Shown piece by piece: positions 35,763 to 47,664 of a stretch of 64,000 nucleotides of DNA (its first letter is position 1; each line of letters begins with the position of its first letter). The position numbers and the translations under genes are program-made. Source of the DNA: Felis catus. Lineage: Eukaryota. The DNA lies in contig NC_058368.1 of NCBI RefSeq assembly GCF_018350175.1, forward strand, positions 177,446,001 to 177,510,000, written 5' to 3'. Under the pieces are notes generated by a model, which searched no databases, was not told the DNA's origin, and saw only the letters and a program-made list of their open reading frames with translations.

Positions 35763-35948
35763 TTATTTTTGAGAGAAAGTGGGTGAACTGGGGAGGAGCA
35801 GAGAGAGAGAGAGAGAGAGAGAGAGTCCCCAGCAGGCTCCACACTCCACGTGGAGCCTGACTTGGGGCTCGATCCCACGACCCTGGGATCACGACCTGAG
35901 CCAAAATCAAGAGTCAGATGCTCAGCCACTAAGCCACCCAGGCACCCC
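35763..35948 (-). mobile_element. Can-SINE (older subfamily)
   Basis: (GA)n, GGGGCTCGATCCCACGACCCTGGGATCACGACCTGAGCC, ends CCACCCAGGCACCCC. Confidence 0.95.
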
Positions 35949-36631
35949 ATAGGGAATTTTGAAATAGATGGAGAATATACAGAGAAGCTAGCATTCTGGG
36001 AGACAGCCTCCGGGAATTTAGGCTCTCAAAGGAAAGGAACCAAATGGGAGATTGGGGATGAAGGGTGTTTGCTGGAGCCTGTGGAATTGGGGTGGGGGCA
36101 GAGCAAGGGTAGGGCGAAGCCAGGTAAACTGAAAAGTGGGCACTGCTACTGCCTGCAAAACATTTTCACAAAGTTTGCTTATTTAAGCCTAAAGCAGACT
36201 CTGTGGGAGTGGTCTTGGATTGCTAGGGAAAGCACCGAGGTCAGACCCAGGGTTGAAGTTCCACTAACTGTGTGACCTGGGCAAGTGGCTGGCCCTCTCT
36301 GAGCCTCGTTGCCTTTGACTGTGAAATGGAGATGAGAGCTGTGCTGCCCCTTTGGTAATCATCTTCTCTCTTAAACTAAGGAAGGACTCTTATTTTATGC
36401 AAGGACTTTTCACTTCAGAAAGGGAACTGACACAGAACCCATGAACTTGACCTTCCATTTGTAACACCTGTAGTTTCTCAAGCCTGTAGTTATTGTGTGA
36501 CACATGAGATGACCCCCACACCCGGAGAGCGATCTCATCTGCATTTAATCCCCAAGTTTCAGTTTGCTCATCTGCAAAGTAAGGAGGTCAATAATAATTG
36601 CCAGCTTTCTGCGTTGTATCCAGATTAACCG

Positions 36632-37160
36632 GGCAGTTTGGCTGCTTTTGTTGGTAGAATCAAGTAACAAAATCCTCAACTCAAATTTGGAAGTGGCTTT
36701 AAATTTCTTTAAAATTTATGATCACATATAAGAGGAGGTCTAGAGGGGCAGTGGCTGCCAGGTGGGTTGGGTCAATGGTTCAATGGTGTCATCAGGAGTG
36801 CTGGAACTTCTGTCTCTCCGCTCTGCCCTCTGTACTGATGGCCCCATCCTTCATTCTTTGGATGAAAACAAGATGGCACCAGGATCACATCCAAACATAG
36901 AAACATCCAGAAGAATACTAGTGCCTCTCTCGCAGCTCAGTTTTTAGGAGAGAGGAAACCATGCCTGGCACAGGCCTGCCCTTACACCTACCTGGCCAGC
37001 ATTTGGTCACCTGACCAGTCCGACACAGGGCCTGAGCGTCAAGGCCCGTGGAGCTAGACTGGAATTGGAGGGAGTCAGCCTTCTTGAGGCACATGGCTCT
37101 AGGAGGGGAATTAACTAATCCAAAATAGGCTTCTCATAAAAAAAAAAAAAAAAAAAAGAA
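36632..37160 (-). mobile_element. MLT1K/L-like LTR
   Basis: CAAGTAACAAAA..CAACTCAAA, GTGGCTTTAAA, CAATGGTGTCATCAGG, TCTGCCCTC, CAAGATGGC. Confidence 0.6.
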
Positions 37161-37162
37161 GG

Positions 37163-37555
37163 GTATTTCTGTTGAGTTCTCGAGGAAGCAGAACTTGAAG
37201 TGCTAAGAAAACACCAGCCGGAGAACGGAGAACGGGGAGAGGGAGGAAGACAGCCAACGCAGGGTGCCTTGTCAGGCCAACTGCCACCGTGGTACCTGGA
37301 GATTAATCCACTGAGAACACACCTCAGAGGTGCCCTAACCCAGGACCAAGGAAGCTGTATGGTGGCTCCCCACCAGCACCCCCTTCCTCAGGGGTTCAGG
37401 GCTACTTCTAGTGCCCGGCCCTCTGGCTTGCCCTGAGTCCGGCCTAGCAAGTACCAGTTGGTAGGAAAAAAGCCTCAGGCAGAGGATTGCAGGTGTTTGC
37501 AGGTGGAGGTGAGCACCATGGGGTCATGAGAGGGGTACCAACAGCAGCTAAAACA
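37163..37555 (-). mobile_element. LTR16-family ERVL solo LTR
   Basis: GAAGCAGAACTTGA start and AAAGCCTCAGGCAGAGGATTGCAGGTG near the end, complementary to motifs in the LTR16-like copy at 51.3-51.8 kb. Confidence 0.6.
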
Positions 37556-38202
37556 AAAGATGGAGTCCGGGCCAGCAGCCAGCAGTGGGCTCTTTTCAGC
37601 CAAGGAAAAGAGTTGGTCTTTTTAGCCTGACCAAGAGTAGGCAGCCCATCTCGACACAAGCCACCAGATGTCCACCAATACATTCATCACTTGGATAAAG
37701 GCCCAAAGGCTTACCTCATCAATGTAGACTAACAAGTCCTTCCAGATCTTTCTCTCTTAAGAGTGCCCTGAGATTCTAAGGCAGAGAAAATAATAACATT
37801 ACTACTTCTACCAGCAGCTCAAAGGTCCAGGAACTGAGTTCTACACGTGTTATCTTCTTTAATGGTCGCCGTGACCCTGGGTGAGGTAATGTTTTAGCCC
37901 CATTTTATAGATGACGTAGCTAAAGTCACAAAGTGATGGCTGAGATGAATTCAAACCCATGCCCAGAGCTGCTATTCTGATTCAGGGAACCAGTGGGCTC
38001 ATAAAAAGTGCTGAGTAGAATGTACCATTCCACCGAAATGTTCTTTTCAGCAATAGAGAGTGTCTCTGGCGGGCAAGAAAGAGGACCCACGGGAGGCCAG
38101 AACATCATGCTAGGCTTGTTCCGGGTTGTGTGCTGTATGTAGTATTGCCAGAGCCTAGAACGGTGCCTGGAACACAGTAGTCTCAATAAATATTGGTTGA
38201 AT

Positions 38203-38249
38203 AAAGAAATGTCTCCAAAAAAAAAAAAAAAAAGAAAGAAATGTCTCCA
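38203..38249 (+). mobile_element. Poly(A)-only insertion with 15-bp target-site duplication
   Basis: AAAGAAATGTCTCCA (38203-38217), then A16G, then AAAGAAATGTCTCCA (38235-38249). Confidence 0.75.
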
Positions 38250-38539
38250 TAAGTGTTATTGGATTATTTCCCCAATTTATGGATAAGGAAACTAAAACAG
38301 ATAAAGCTTCAAGTACAAGAAAATTCAGAAGAAGCTGGGATTTAAACCAAGGTCTCTCTGACCCCAAGTTCTTTTCCACCACACTGTGGGATCTGTGGTT
38401 GGGCACTGGCTGCTGAGACCAGGACCACAGGGCCTGGCTGACTTTCCTGCGTGGCTGAGAGCTTAGCCCCTAGCTCTGGCCACTATGCTGTCACTGCCTG
38501 CTGCTGGTCATAAAGGACTGTGGCTGAGAGGGCTTGGGC

Positions 38540-38912
38540 CCATGCTGACCCATGGAAACACAACATGAGCCACACATCAAGCCACATATGTAATTTAAAC
38601 TTTTCTAGTAGCCACGTTAAGCAAGTAAAGCAAAGCAGGTAAAGTTAATTTTATGAATGTATTTTACTTAAGCTAATGTATATCTAAATATGATTTCAGT
38701 GTATAATCAATATAAAACATCACTTTTGAAATTTCTTTCTTCTTTCTTTCTTTCTTTCTTTCTTTCCTCCCTCCTTTCTTTCTTTCTTCCTTTCTTTCTT
38801 TCTTTCTTTCCTCCCTCCTTTCTTTCTTTCTTTCTTTCTTTCTTTCTCTTCTTTCTTTCTCTTCTTTCTTTCCCTTTCTTTCTTTCTTTCTTTCCTTCCT
38901 CCCTCCCTCGTT

Positions 38913-38955
<43 letters not shown>

Positions 38956-39092
38956 CTTCTTTCTTTCCCTTTCTTTCTTTCTTTCTTTCTTTCTCTTTCT
39001 TTCTTTTCTTTCTTTCTTTCTTTCTTTCTTTCTTTCCTCCCTCCCTTCTTTCTTTCTCTTTCTTTCTTTCTTTCTTTCTTTCTTTCCTCCCT

Positions 39093-39127
<35 letters not shown>

Positions 39128-39180
39128 CTTCTTTCTTTCTCTTTCTTTTTTTCTTTCCTTCCTCCCTCCCTCCCTCCCTC

Positions 39181-39219
<39 letters not shown>

Positions 39220-39236
39220 TCCCTTTCTTTCTTTCT

Positions 39237-39280
<44 letters not shown>

Positions 39281-39400
39281 TCCTTCCTTCTTTGGTACTA
39301 GAGATTTGAAATCCAGCGTGTATTTAATACTTATAGCCTATCTCAATTTGGAGTAGCCATATTTCACATATGGCTGGTGGCTACCATTATTGGACTGGCT
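38540..39400. mobile_element. MER33 hAT-Charlie MITE split by a (TTTC)n expansion
   Basis: GCCACATATGTAATTT..TTTTCTAGTAGCCAC on the left; GAAATCCAGCGTGTATT...ATCTCAATTTGG..TAGCCA...GTGGCTACC..ATTGGAC on the right. Confidence 0.85.
38731..39293. repeat. Complex (TTTC)n/(TCCC)n polypyrimidine microsatellite, ~560 bp
   Basis: Nearly all C/T; a single G at about 38910. Confidence 0.98.
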
Positions 39401-39681
39401 ACCAAATTGGCTGATTCACAGAAATGTGCTATGCACTCACATGCAGGATCCACACACACTAGGAAATCAAAGCAATATCAAGTACATGTTTCACATTAGT
39501 AAGAGCCAATGTTTACTCAAGCAAGGGTAGGAATCCGTAAAAAGCTAATGATGAGGTGTAAATGGTACCAATTTGGGTATATATGCTTTGACTCACCAAT
39601 TTGAAACCTAGGATTTGATCCTAATGAAATAGCTGGGAAAGTATGCAAAGATTTATGTATAAGGATATTCATCCAAGGGTT

Positions 39682-40140
39682 TGAATTAGCTTCCTCTTGC
39701 TGCTGTAACAAATTACCATAAACCTAGTGGCTTAAAATAACACAAATTTATTATCTTACAGTTCTGGAAGTCAAAAATGAAAATAAGTCTCAGTGAGCTA
39801 AAGTCAAGGTCAGTAGGCAATGTCCTTCTGGAGGCTCTAAGAATCTGTTACTTTGCTTTTTCCAGCTCCTAGGACTTCCCTTCTAGCTGACAATGTCATC
39901 ACTCCAACCACTGCATCCATAGCCACAAACCCTCCAACTGTCTTGTCTCAATCTTTCCCCTGTAAAGACCCTTGGTGCCTACCCTGGGCCCACCAGATAA
40001 TCCAGAGTCATCTGCCCATGTCAAGATCTTGACCTTCATCACATCTGCAAAGTCCCCTTTGCCATGTAAGCTCACACATTCACAAAGCTCTGGAGATTTG
40101 GGTGTGGGTGTCTTTAGAAGGACATTATGTGTCTGCCACA
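39682..40140 (-). mobile_element. MLT1D-like solo LTR, full length
   Basis: GCTGCTGTAACAAATTACCA...AGTGGCTTAAAA...CACATCTGCAAAGTCCCCTTTGCCATGTAAG...CTGCCACA; TSD GGGTT / GGATT. Confidence 0.9.
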
Positions 40141-40166
40141 GGATTATTTTCAAAGGAAAAGAAACA

Positions 40167-40480
40167 AATAATCTTTGGCACCTACGTCTTGGTGAAGAGT
40201 TCTTAGACACGACACCAAACCTTGATCTATAAAAGACAAATAAAGAAAGAAATTGGACCTCATCAAAATTAAAAACTTTTGATCCATGAAATAGAGTGAA
40301 AAGACAAGCTATAGACTAGGAAAAAAGTATTTGCAAACCACATATCTGGCAAAGGACTCATATCTAGACTATGTATATATTCTAGTACATCTAATGATAT
40401 AGATATTAGATATTATGTATTTTACATAATATATTATATTAATATATTATTACATAGTATTCATATTAAATGTTTGTATG

Positions 40481-40511
<31 letters not shown>

Positions 40512-41244
40512 TGTCAAAATTCAACAGTAAGGTCACAAACAATCCCATAAGAAAATGACAAGAGTTTGGAAGAGACATTTCACCCAAGAGGAGGTATGAA
40601 TGGCCAATAAGTACACGAAAAGATGTTACAAGTCACCAGCCATCAGGGAAATGAAAATTAAGACCATAAGATACACTACACACCTATTAGAACAGGTAAA
40701 ATGTAAAATAGTGATGACATCAAAAGCTGGTAAGGTTTTAGAGAAACTAGACCCCTTATATGCTGCTGGTAGAAAGGTAAGTGGTACAGCCATTCTGGGA
40801 AAGACTTTCACTGTTTCTTAAGAAACGAAATGTGTACTTACCAAATAACCCAGTAACCACACTTTGGATATTGATACCAAGGAAACGAAAAGATGTCTAC
40901 GTGAAAACCTTTACGACAGCAGTCACAGCAGTTTTATTTGTAATAGCTAAAAAACAGAAACAATGAAGATGCCCTAAAATGGATGAATGGTTAATAGGTT
41001 TGGTTCATGCACACCATGGAGTATCACTACTCAGCTATGAGATGGAAGGAACAATTTATACATGTAATAACTTGAATGGATCTCAAGAGTATTATGCTGA
41101 GTGGAAAAAGTAAATATATATGTATGTGTATATACATATATATATATAATATATATATATTCTCAAAGTATATATATATACATATATATGTGTATGTGTA
41201 TATATATATACACACATATGTGTATATATATATACATATGTGTG

Positions 41245-41283
<39 letters not shown>

Positions 41284-41640
41284 CATTCTCAAAATGGCAA
41301 AAATATAGAGATGAAGAACCAATTAGTGGTGGCCAGGAGTTAAGGAAGGGGGTGAAAGGGGAGAGTGTGCCTATAACAGGACAGCATGAAGGAGACCCTC
41401 ATGGTGGTGGAAGGTTCTGTACCTTGGTTGTGGTGGTGGTTACACAGATTGACACATGTGATGAAATGGCATAGAACTATACTCAGGGGGTGCCCATGTC
41501 AATATCCTGATTTTGATATTATACTACTCTTACGTAAGATGTAACCATCAGGGAAAACTGGATCAAGGGCACATAGAAACCGTTTGCACTATCTTGGCAG
41601 CTTCTAGTGAATCTAGAATTCTCTCAAAGTAAAATGTTTT
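40167..41640 (+). mobile_element. L1MD-like LINE-1 3' portion
   Basis: ORF2 C-terminal remnant (MANKYTKRC...IREMKIKT) and 3' UTR ending GTGAATCTAGAATTCTCTCAAAGTAAAA; candidate TSD AAAAGAAACA at 40157-40166 and 41885-41894. Confidence 0.88.
41113..41282. repeat. (TA)n/(TG)n compound microsatellite
   Basis: About 170 bp of mostly alternating purine-pyrimidine, ending in a pure TA run. Confidence 0.95.
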
Positions 41641-41642
41641 TT

Positions 41643-41864
41643 TTTTTTTTATTTTTTTTTTCAACGTTTATTTATTTTTGGGACAGAGAGAGACAGAGCA
41701 TGAACGGGGGAGGGGCAGAGAGAGAGGAAGACACAGAATCGGAAACAGGCTCCAGGCTCCGAGCCATCAGCCCAGAGCCTGACGCGGGGCTCGAACTCAC
41801 GGACCACGAGATCGTGACCTGGCTGAAGTCGGGCGCTTAACCGACTGCGCCACGCAGGCGCCCC
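41643..41864 (-). mobile_element. Young felid SINEC_Fc
   Basis: Reverse complement has GTGGCGCAGTCGG, TTCAGCCAGGTCACG, GGGCTGATGGCTC, GTTTCCGATTC and AAACGTTG diagnostics with CpGs intact; TSD CAAAGTAAAATGTTTTTT at 41625-41642 and 41866-41883. Confidence 0.97.
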
Positions 41865-42532
41865 CCAAAGTAAAATGTTTTTTAAAAAGAAACAGAAATA
41901 ACCCAGGTGTCCAACCATCAGGGATTGGTTAAATGAACTGTGCTTTATACCCATACAATAAAATGATGCAGAGCCATTTAGGATGAACGAGGAAAACCAG
42001 GCAGGTAGACTAAGAAAATCCGAACACAAAACCATGTATTCTGTTAAGAGTCCCTTGTAAGGTGGCTTGTCTGTGCACGGAGAGAGTCAAGTCTGAAAAA
42101 GACACACCAAAATGTTAGCAGTGATTTTCTTCTGGGTAACTCTTGCCCTTTAAACTTCAGTACTACCCAATTTTTCCCAATCCACAAGTGTTACTCTGAT
42201 AATCAGGGAGAAAATGCTATTTCCATTTTGAAAAAAAAAAAAAAGAAGTTTTAAGAAGGCAGCCAAAGGGCGGCAGACTGTGTTGCCATCCCATCGTTCT
42301 GACCCAAATGCAGCTCCGTGAGCATGTGCAAAGGGAGGCCTGTGGAGAAATTCCTCCTCCCAGGAAGAGAGGACCATGAAATATATGCTTTGCTTTCTGG
42401 CAGGAACCAAACGAAAAGAGATGGAGTGATTCAGACCAAAGACCACAGCGAGTCGGGAATAAAAAGCACCTGGTATAGTCACTAGGATTACAACCCCAGC
42501 AAAACATCTGTGTGGACGAGGGGGTTTGCATT

Positions 42533-42533
<1 letters not shown>

Positions 42534-42565
<32 letters not shown>
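42534..42565 (+). repeat. Poly(A) tract, A32
   Basis: Uninterrupted run; no retroposon body or TSD seen. Confidence 0.95.
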
Positions 42566-42571
<6 letters not shown>

Positions 42572-42889
42572 CTGGTTGTTGAATCTGAGTGAGGAATTAA
42601 GCTCTGGAGACTTCTCTCTCTCTTTCTCTCAGACATATTCTTTAATATTTTTGCTTTGTCATCATTTCTGTTAAGAAATGTTAAGAAATACCTGCCTTTG
42701 CATTTGCAAACACAAGCCCTAAATGCCTTTCTACTGGGCTTGTCTCTGGGGGATCCAGGGAGGCCATAGCCTTGTGCAAATCCCTCCAAAGCCCCAGCTG
42801 GGGAATGACGGGCAGAACTACCTGTGAGGGTTGGGGTGGAAATTAGGACCTGCAAAAATAATCCAGAACAACAATCATCATAGTAATAT

Positions 42890-43082
42890 CCCTTTTATTA
42901 TGAAGCATTTGCTGTGCTGCAGGCACTATAGTCGCTGCTCTGTGTAACTCCCAAAGTCGGTGTTGTTCCCATTTTGCAGATAAGGAAACCGAGGTCCAAG
43001 GAGGTGAACAGCCCAAGGTCATGTGGCTAATCCATGACGGTGCTGGAGTGAGCCTCAGTCCTATCTGGCTCCAAAGCTGTGC
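42890..43082 (-). mobile_element. MIR
   Basis: CCCATTTTGCAGATAAGGAAACCGAGG...GCCCAAGGTCA...CTGGCTCCAAAGC. Confidence 0.8.
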
Positions 43083-43739
43083 TATTTCCACACGAGCATT
43101 GCCCCTCCTTATCCTTGGTTCCCCGAGTGGATAAACAGGGAGGGGGACAGCATGCTCATATCCCCCATGGCTGCCCCCCCCACACACACACACACAGGGC
43201 GGGAGGCAGTGCTCAGGGCAGATACCTTGTCAGTGTCATCCAAGTGGCCACTGCCTGGAGCCGGTCCCTGGATGCTGAGGCCCTCTAGCCAGGAGGGAAT
43301 CTCCTGTGCACAAGCTCCCCCTTATGGAAATGAGGGACATGCCGCTGGAACTCCGACTTGAGGCTCCACCCAGGCAGGAGATGCTGGGAAGGGCCCTTAC
43401 CGCCCCGCCCCGAGCCTGGACCCAGCTCCCAACTCCTGCCCAGCCCCGTGCTCTGTGCTTGGCAAGTGTTTCTGCCTGACCCCCAAAGCACACATCTTTG
43501 GTGTCCCACTTGAGGACATGTTCTTGGATCTACATGTTATGGAATGTTGATAAATAAAGTAACATAAGCTGACAGAGCCCCGAGGAGAAGTAATGATATT
43601 TACAATGACCTTCTCGGGGAGCCCTTCTCCTGTTTACACACCAGAAGGAAAACATCCTTTCCTTAAAAAAAAATAGCATGGGTAATGTTTAATTTCCAAG
43701 GGGGGCTGAGAATTACTTTCTGACTGCAGAGCTTTGGAT

Positions 43740-43860
43740 GAATTTTGTCCCCTCTGTGAGCCTCAGTGTCCTCATCTGCAAAATGGGTGTGATGATGCTG
43801 ACCTCGTAGCATGGTTGGAAGGAGACCATGGGCACAAAGGGCTTAGGCAAGTGCTTCTCC
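43740..43860 (+). mobile_element. MIR
   Basis: TGAGCCTCAGTGTCCTCATCTGCAAAATGGG core. Confidence 0.8.
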
Positions 43861-45832
43861 ATTCCTTCAGGTCCTTCTGGAAATGAAGAGAGGTACATTA
43901 CTGTCCCATGCTTATTCGTTTATTAATTCAACAAATGTTTGCTGAGCACCCACTATGCACCAGGCAAGCACCAGACAGGGGCCCTCTATGTCTTTAACAA
44001 CTAGTGGAGAACCTGGCCCCTAGGAGGCATACAGAAATGTTTGATGGAGGCAGTGGGTGAAGGGAAGGAGGAGAGAAGAAGGTGCAATAGAGAGGTCACC
44101 CTGGACCTGCAGCCCACTGGGGAAGCTGGACTGGGAATCGAGACACTTGGTTCTAACTTGGCCCCTATTCCTCTATAACTTTGTTCTTTGTTTCTCCTTC
44201 CTTCTTTCTGAGTCTTCATTTGTCCAATGGGGGACATGGGGGAAGAGAAGGAAATACTTGGTAGAGGTGGTATTATTTGACCAGCCAAGTTCCTTCGGGT
44301 CAAATGGTGACCCTGCTCCAAACTATCACCTCCCCCATCCCCCATGCCCTCCTTGGGCCTCCCCACCCAGCATGGTGCCCCACGTGGTCCTCCAACCTGT
44401 CTGCCTGGAGCCCAGCAAACCATCCCTGCCCTTCTGGACTTAGGCCAATTTGGCCAAGTGGAGATCCAGCTCTGGAATCCAAACTTCAGTTTCCTCACCT
44501 GTAAAAGGGACCTTTATTATGGATCCCTATGGCTTGATTGTGAGGATTGAACTATGGGGACGCCAGAGTGAATAGGTGTGACAGAGCCACACACAGGTGG
44601 ACAGCCTCCAGGATACCATTCTCCCAGGCATCCTTGTGGACGTGCATCATAAGAGAGGACCTGAGAGGGGTAAGGAAATGAGGACTCTCAGCTATGGGTT
44701 TGCCAAGAAAATACCCTTGGGCTTCTCGAAGGAGGAGATTCCAGAGCTGAACAGTGAGACACGCATGAGTTTGCAAGGTGAGTGGTGAGGGCTGAGTGGG
44801 GAGAGGGATATTCGCCACGGAGAGAATGGCGTGTGCAGAAGTTCATGGACCAAAACCAGAAGTTCATGGAGCCTGGCTGTGCCTCTCCTTGGGGCAGAAC
44901 CACAAGTTCATCATATGGTAGGGTAGCCGGCGTGGGGCTTTGGGAAGAGGCGGCTGCAGTGGTAAGCAAGGCACCCTGCTCACAGGGGCTTCGAATGGAG
45001 AGATGAGGGCTTGGGACTGTGTATTTCAGGCCAAGGGAAACCACATTCGTGTCAGGCCAGAGAGGGGAATTATAGCGAGAGAGGCAAGCGTGGCAATAAT
45101 CCAGGGGAGAGAGTGAGGGCTGGCTGAGGTCAAGGCCGTGGGGATGTGGAGAAGGGAAAGTATTTGAGAGATGTTCCCGAGATGGCACCAACAGGGCTGC
45201 GTGATGGATTGGCTGTGGGGTGTGAGGCAGAGGGAAGATCTCACCATCTTGCTGGAGGGCCCAGACAGACACCCAGGGAACAAGAGTGAAATAGACAAGA
45301 GAGAGGATAATTAAGTGCTAAATTGTGCAGCTTAATTTATTGTTTGGACAGTTGCCTTGTACACTATAAACCCCATTGCTCTAATGAGCTCATGACATCA
45401 GCCAGCAGGGAAAGCATGCCTAGCCCATCGCCCATCACAACTGAAGCCATCTGTGGGCACTACCCAGATGCCTATCTGGACAGCTGGACTCTGGGCTTCT
45501 GGGCTCGGCTTGCAATTAAAGGTACCAACAAGCCCCAGCCAGGGCACCCCTCACAGGGCACCACTTCCTTAGATGCCTCAGGATCTGAAGGGCCCAGGAC
45601 TCAGAGGACTTTTTAGTCCAAAAGAGAAAAGAAGCAGAGATTTTGAATCTGGCCATGATGCAGGTGCAAGGGTCCTGCCCTGCAGACCAGGGGAGCTGGA
45701 TTCACATCCAGCCCCCTTCCTGCGTATGTGACTTTGGGCCGGCCCCCGACCTTCTCAGGATTCAAGGAAATACCCAAAAACTCTGAACTTCAGTTCTCAT
45801 GAAAAGATGCTCCTGATTTAAAAAGATGTTTA

Positions 45833-45997
45833 GGGCGCCTGGGTGGCTCAGTCGGTTAAGTGTCTGACTTCAGCTCAGGTCATGATCTCGTGGTTCGTGG
45901 GTTCAAGCCCTGTGCCAGGCTCTGTGCTGACAGCTCAGGGCCTGGAGCCTGCTTCGGATTCTGTGTCCCCCTCTCTCCTGCCCTTCCCTCACTCATG

Positions 45998-46044
<47 letters not shown>

Positions 46045-46068
46045 AAAAATAAAAATTAAAAAAAACTT
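45833..46068 (+). mobile_element. Can-SINE (SINEC_Fc-type) with (CT)n(CA)n
   Basis: Canonical body; TSD AAAAAGATGTTTA (45820-45832) / AAATAGATGTTTA (46069-46081). Confidence 0.95.
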
Positions 46069-47664
46069 AAATAGATGTTTAAACAGAGAATGGATCCTGG
46101 CTCCTTGCTGTGGAGGGGAAGACCAGTTTGTCCTCGATTGTATCACTGTGCTTATTGAAGGAGGAATTCATCTTGGGGGAACCCAGAGAGCCTTTCTGGA
46201 GAAAGTGGCATCCAAAGTGGGGCTCACATGGAATGTCATGCCCCTCACCAGAGTAACTATGTATGGCTCCTGCACCTTTCTGCTTAATAAGAGGCACTCT
46301 GAACAGCTTTGTTGGAGGAGCTTAGGAGAACATCTTGTTCAAGGGGTTGGGGGTGGGGGCGAAATACAGCTGCATTCACAGGGCACTTTATATAAGACTG
46401 AGAAGCGTTGATTTTCCATATCAAGGAAAAGTCGAACCCGATAAGCCTTATGAAGGAGCCAACACTCCCACCAGCCTATCTCCCTAGGCCACCATTCTTC
46501 ATAGCACTGATTTCAGCTATAACGGAGAGATCGTGTGTTTGATTTTCTGCTTAAAATATGCCCATTGCCCTATACCAGAGGATGCCTGGCATAGGATAGA
46601 CACTCAATAATACCTCAATAATACATTTTTGTTGAATGAATGAATGGATGAATGAATGAAGCTCAGGTAGTCATAGACATTCACGTGGAAAAAAGGTGTT
46701 ATTTTCATCTATCCTATCACCAAAGATTAGAGACTGATTGTCCATACCCAGTGTGGGGCCCAGTGATAGGAAACAGCTCTCTGGGCACTTTGGGTTGTAG
46801 TATAGAGTTACAGATCTTCCCAGGGGACAGCTTAGCCATCAAAAGTGTCAAAAGTACCCAGACTCTTCCACATGGCAATGCCATGTCTTAGAATGGAGCC
46901 TCAGGAGTGGCCTCACCCGTGAAGAAAGATGCCTCAAGCAAAATATTAGAAACCATTGAAATGCTCAGCAGGAGAGGATGGGCTGAAGAAACTCTAGTCA
47001 TCCTTGGAATGTAACATAAGCATGTAAGGCTGTCATGGGATGTACATATGGAAAGATGGCATTCTAGGTGGGGGCCACAATAAGTCGGGGAGAGCCGGCC
47101 TCCACTCCCCGGAGTGTACTCACCTGAGTCTGGGAGATAGTGTCCATCTCTGGGCACTTTTATTTTCTCCTTTTTTTGTCCATCTGTCTTTTTGACTCTA
47201 AAACACAAGAATGGATTATTGTCATAAAACTTGAATAAGGCCATCTCCACATTGGTTGTGTCTTTAAAGAAGAAAGTAGCCATGCCAGAGTTTCTTGGAT
47301 TTCCCTTCTCCAAGGTGTTCGGAGCTGGAGCAGGGAGCCCCCTCTTCCCCACCAGGACGGGGGCAGCTGGGGCAGCTGTGGGTGAACAGAGGCCCAGGAC
47401 TGCGTCTCTTCACCAGGCCAGATGTGGTGTCTGTCTCAGGACAGGTTGTCGGGAGCACCTCCTCCTGCCGGCCTCTGCTCAGTCACTTACCAGCTTCCTT
47501 GGCTCTGCCTTTCCTCTTGTGTGTGATCGAAGGCCACCAAATCTAGATTGTGGGGTATTGAAAAGATCACATGAGCAAAGGATGTAGGTGATGCATCATC
47601 CACAACCCAGTGGCTCAGAGACGCTTGATCAGAACATTTACCCGGGGCGGGCTTGAGAGGGCTT

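Noticed and set aside
38690..39301. 203-aa F/L/S-rich ORF
   Set aside because: Translation of the (TTTC)n array, which cannot contain stop codons.
41027..41474. Y/I-rich ORFs
   Set aside because: Translations of the (TA)n microsatellite.
44597..44777. Exon-like segment ending in AAG|GTGAGT
   Set aside because: Good donor, but the acceptor lacks a polypyrimidine tract; the peptide is unrecognised and no partner exons were found.
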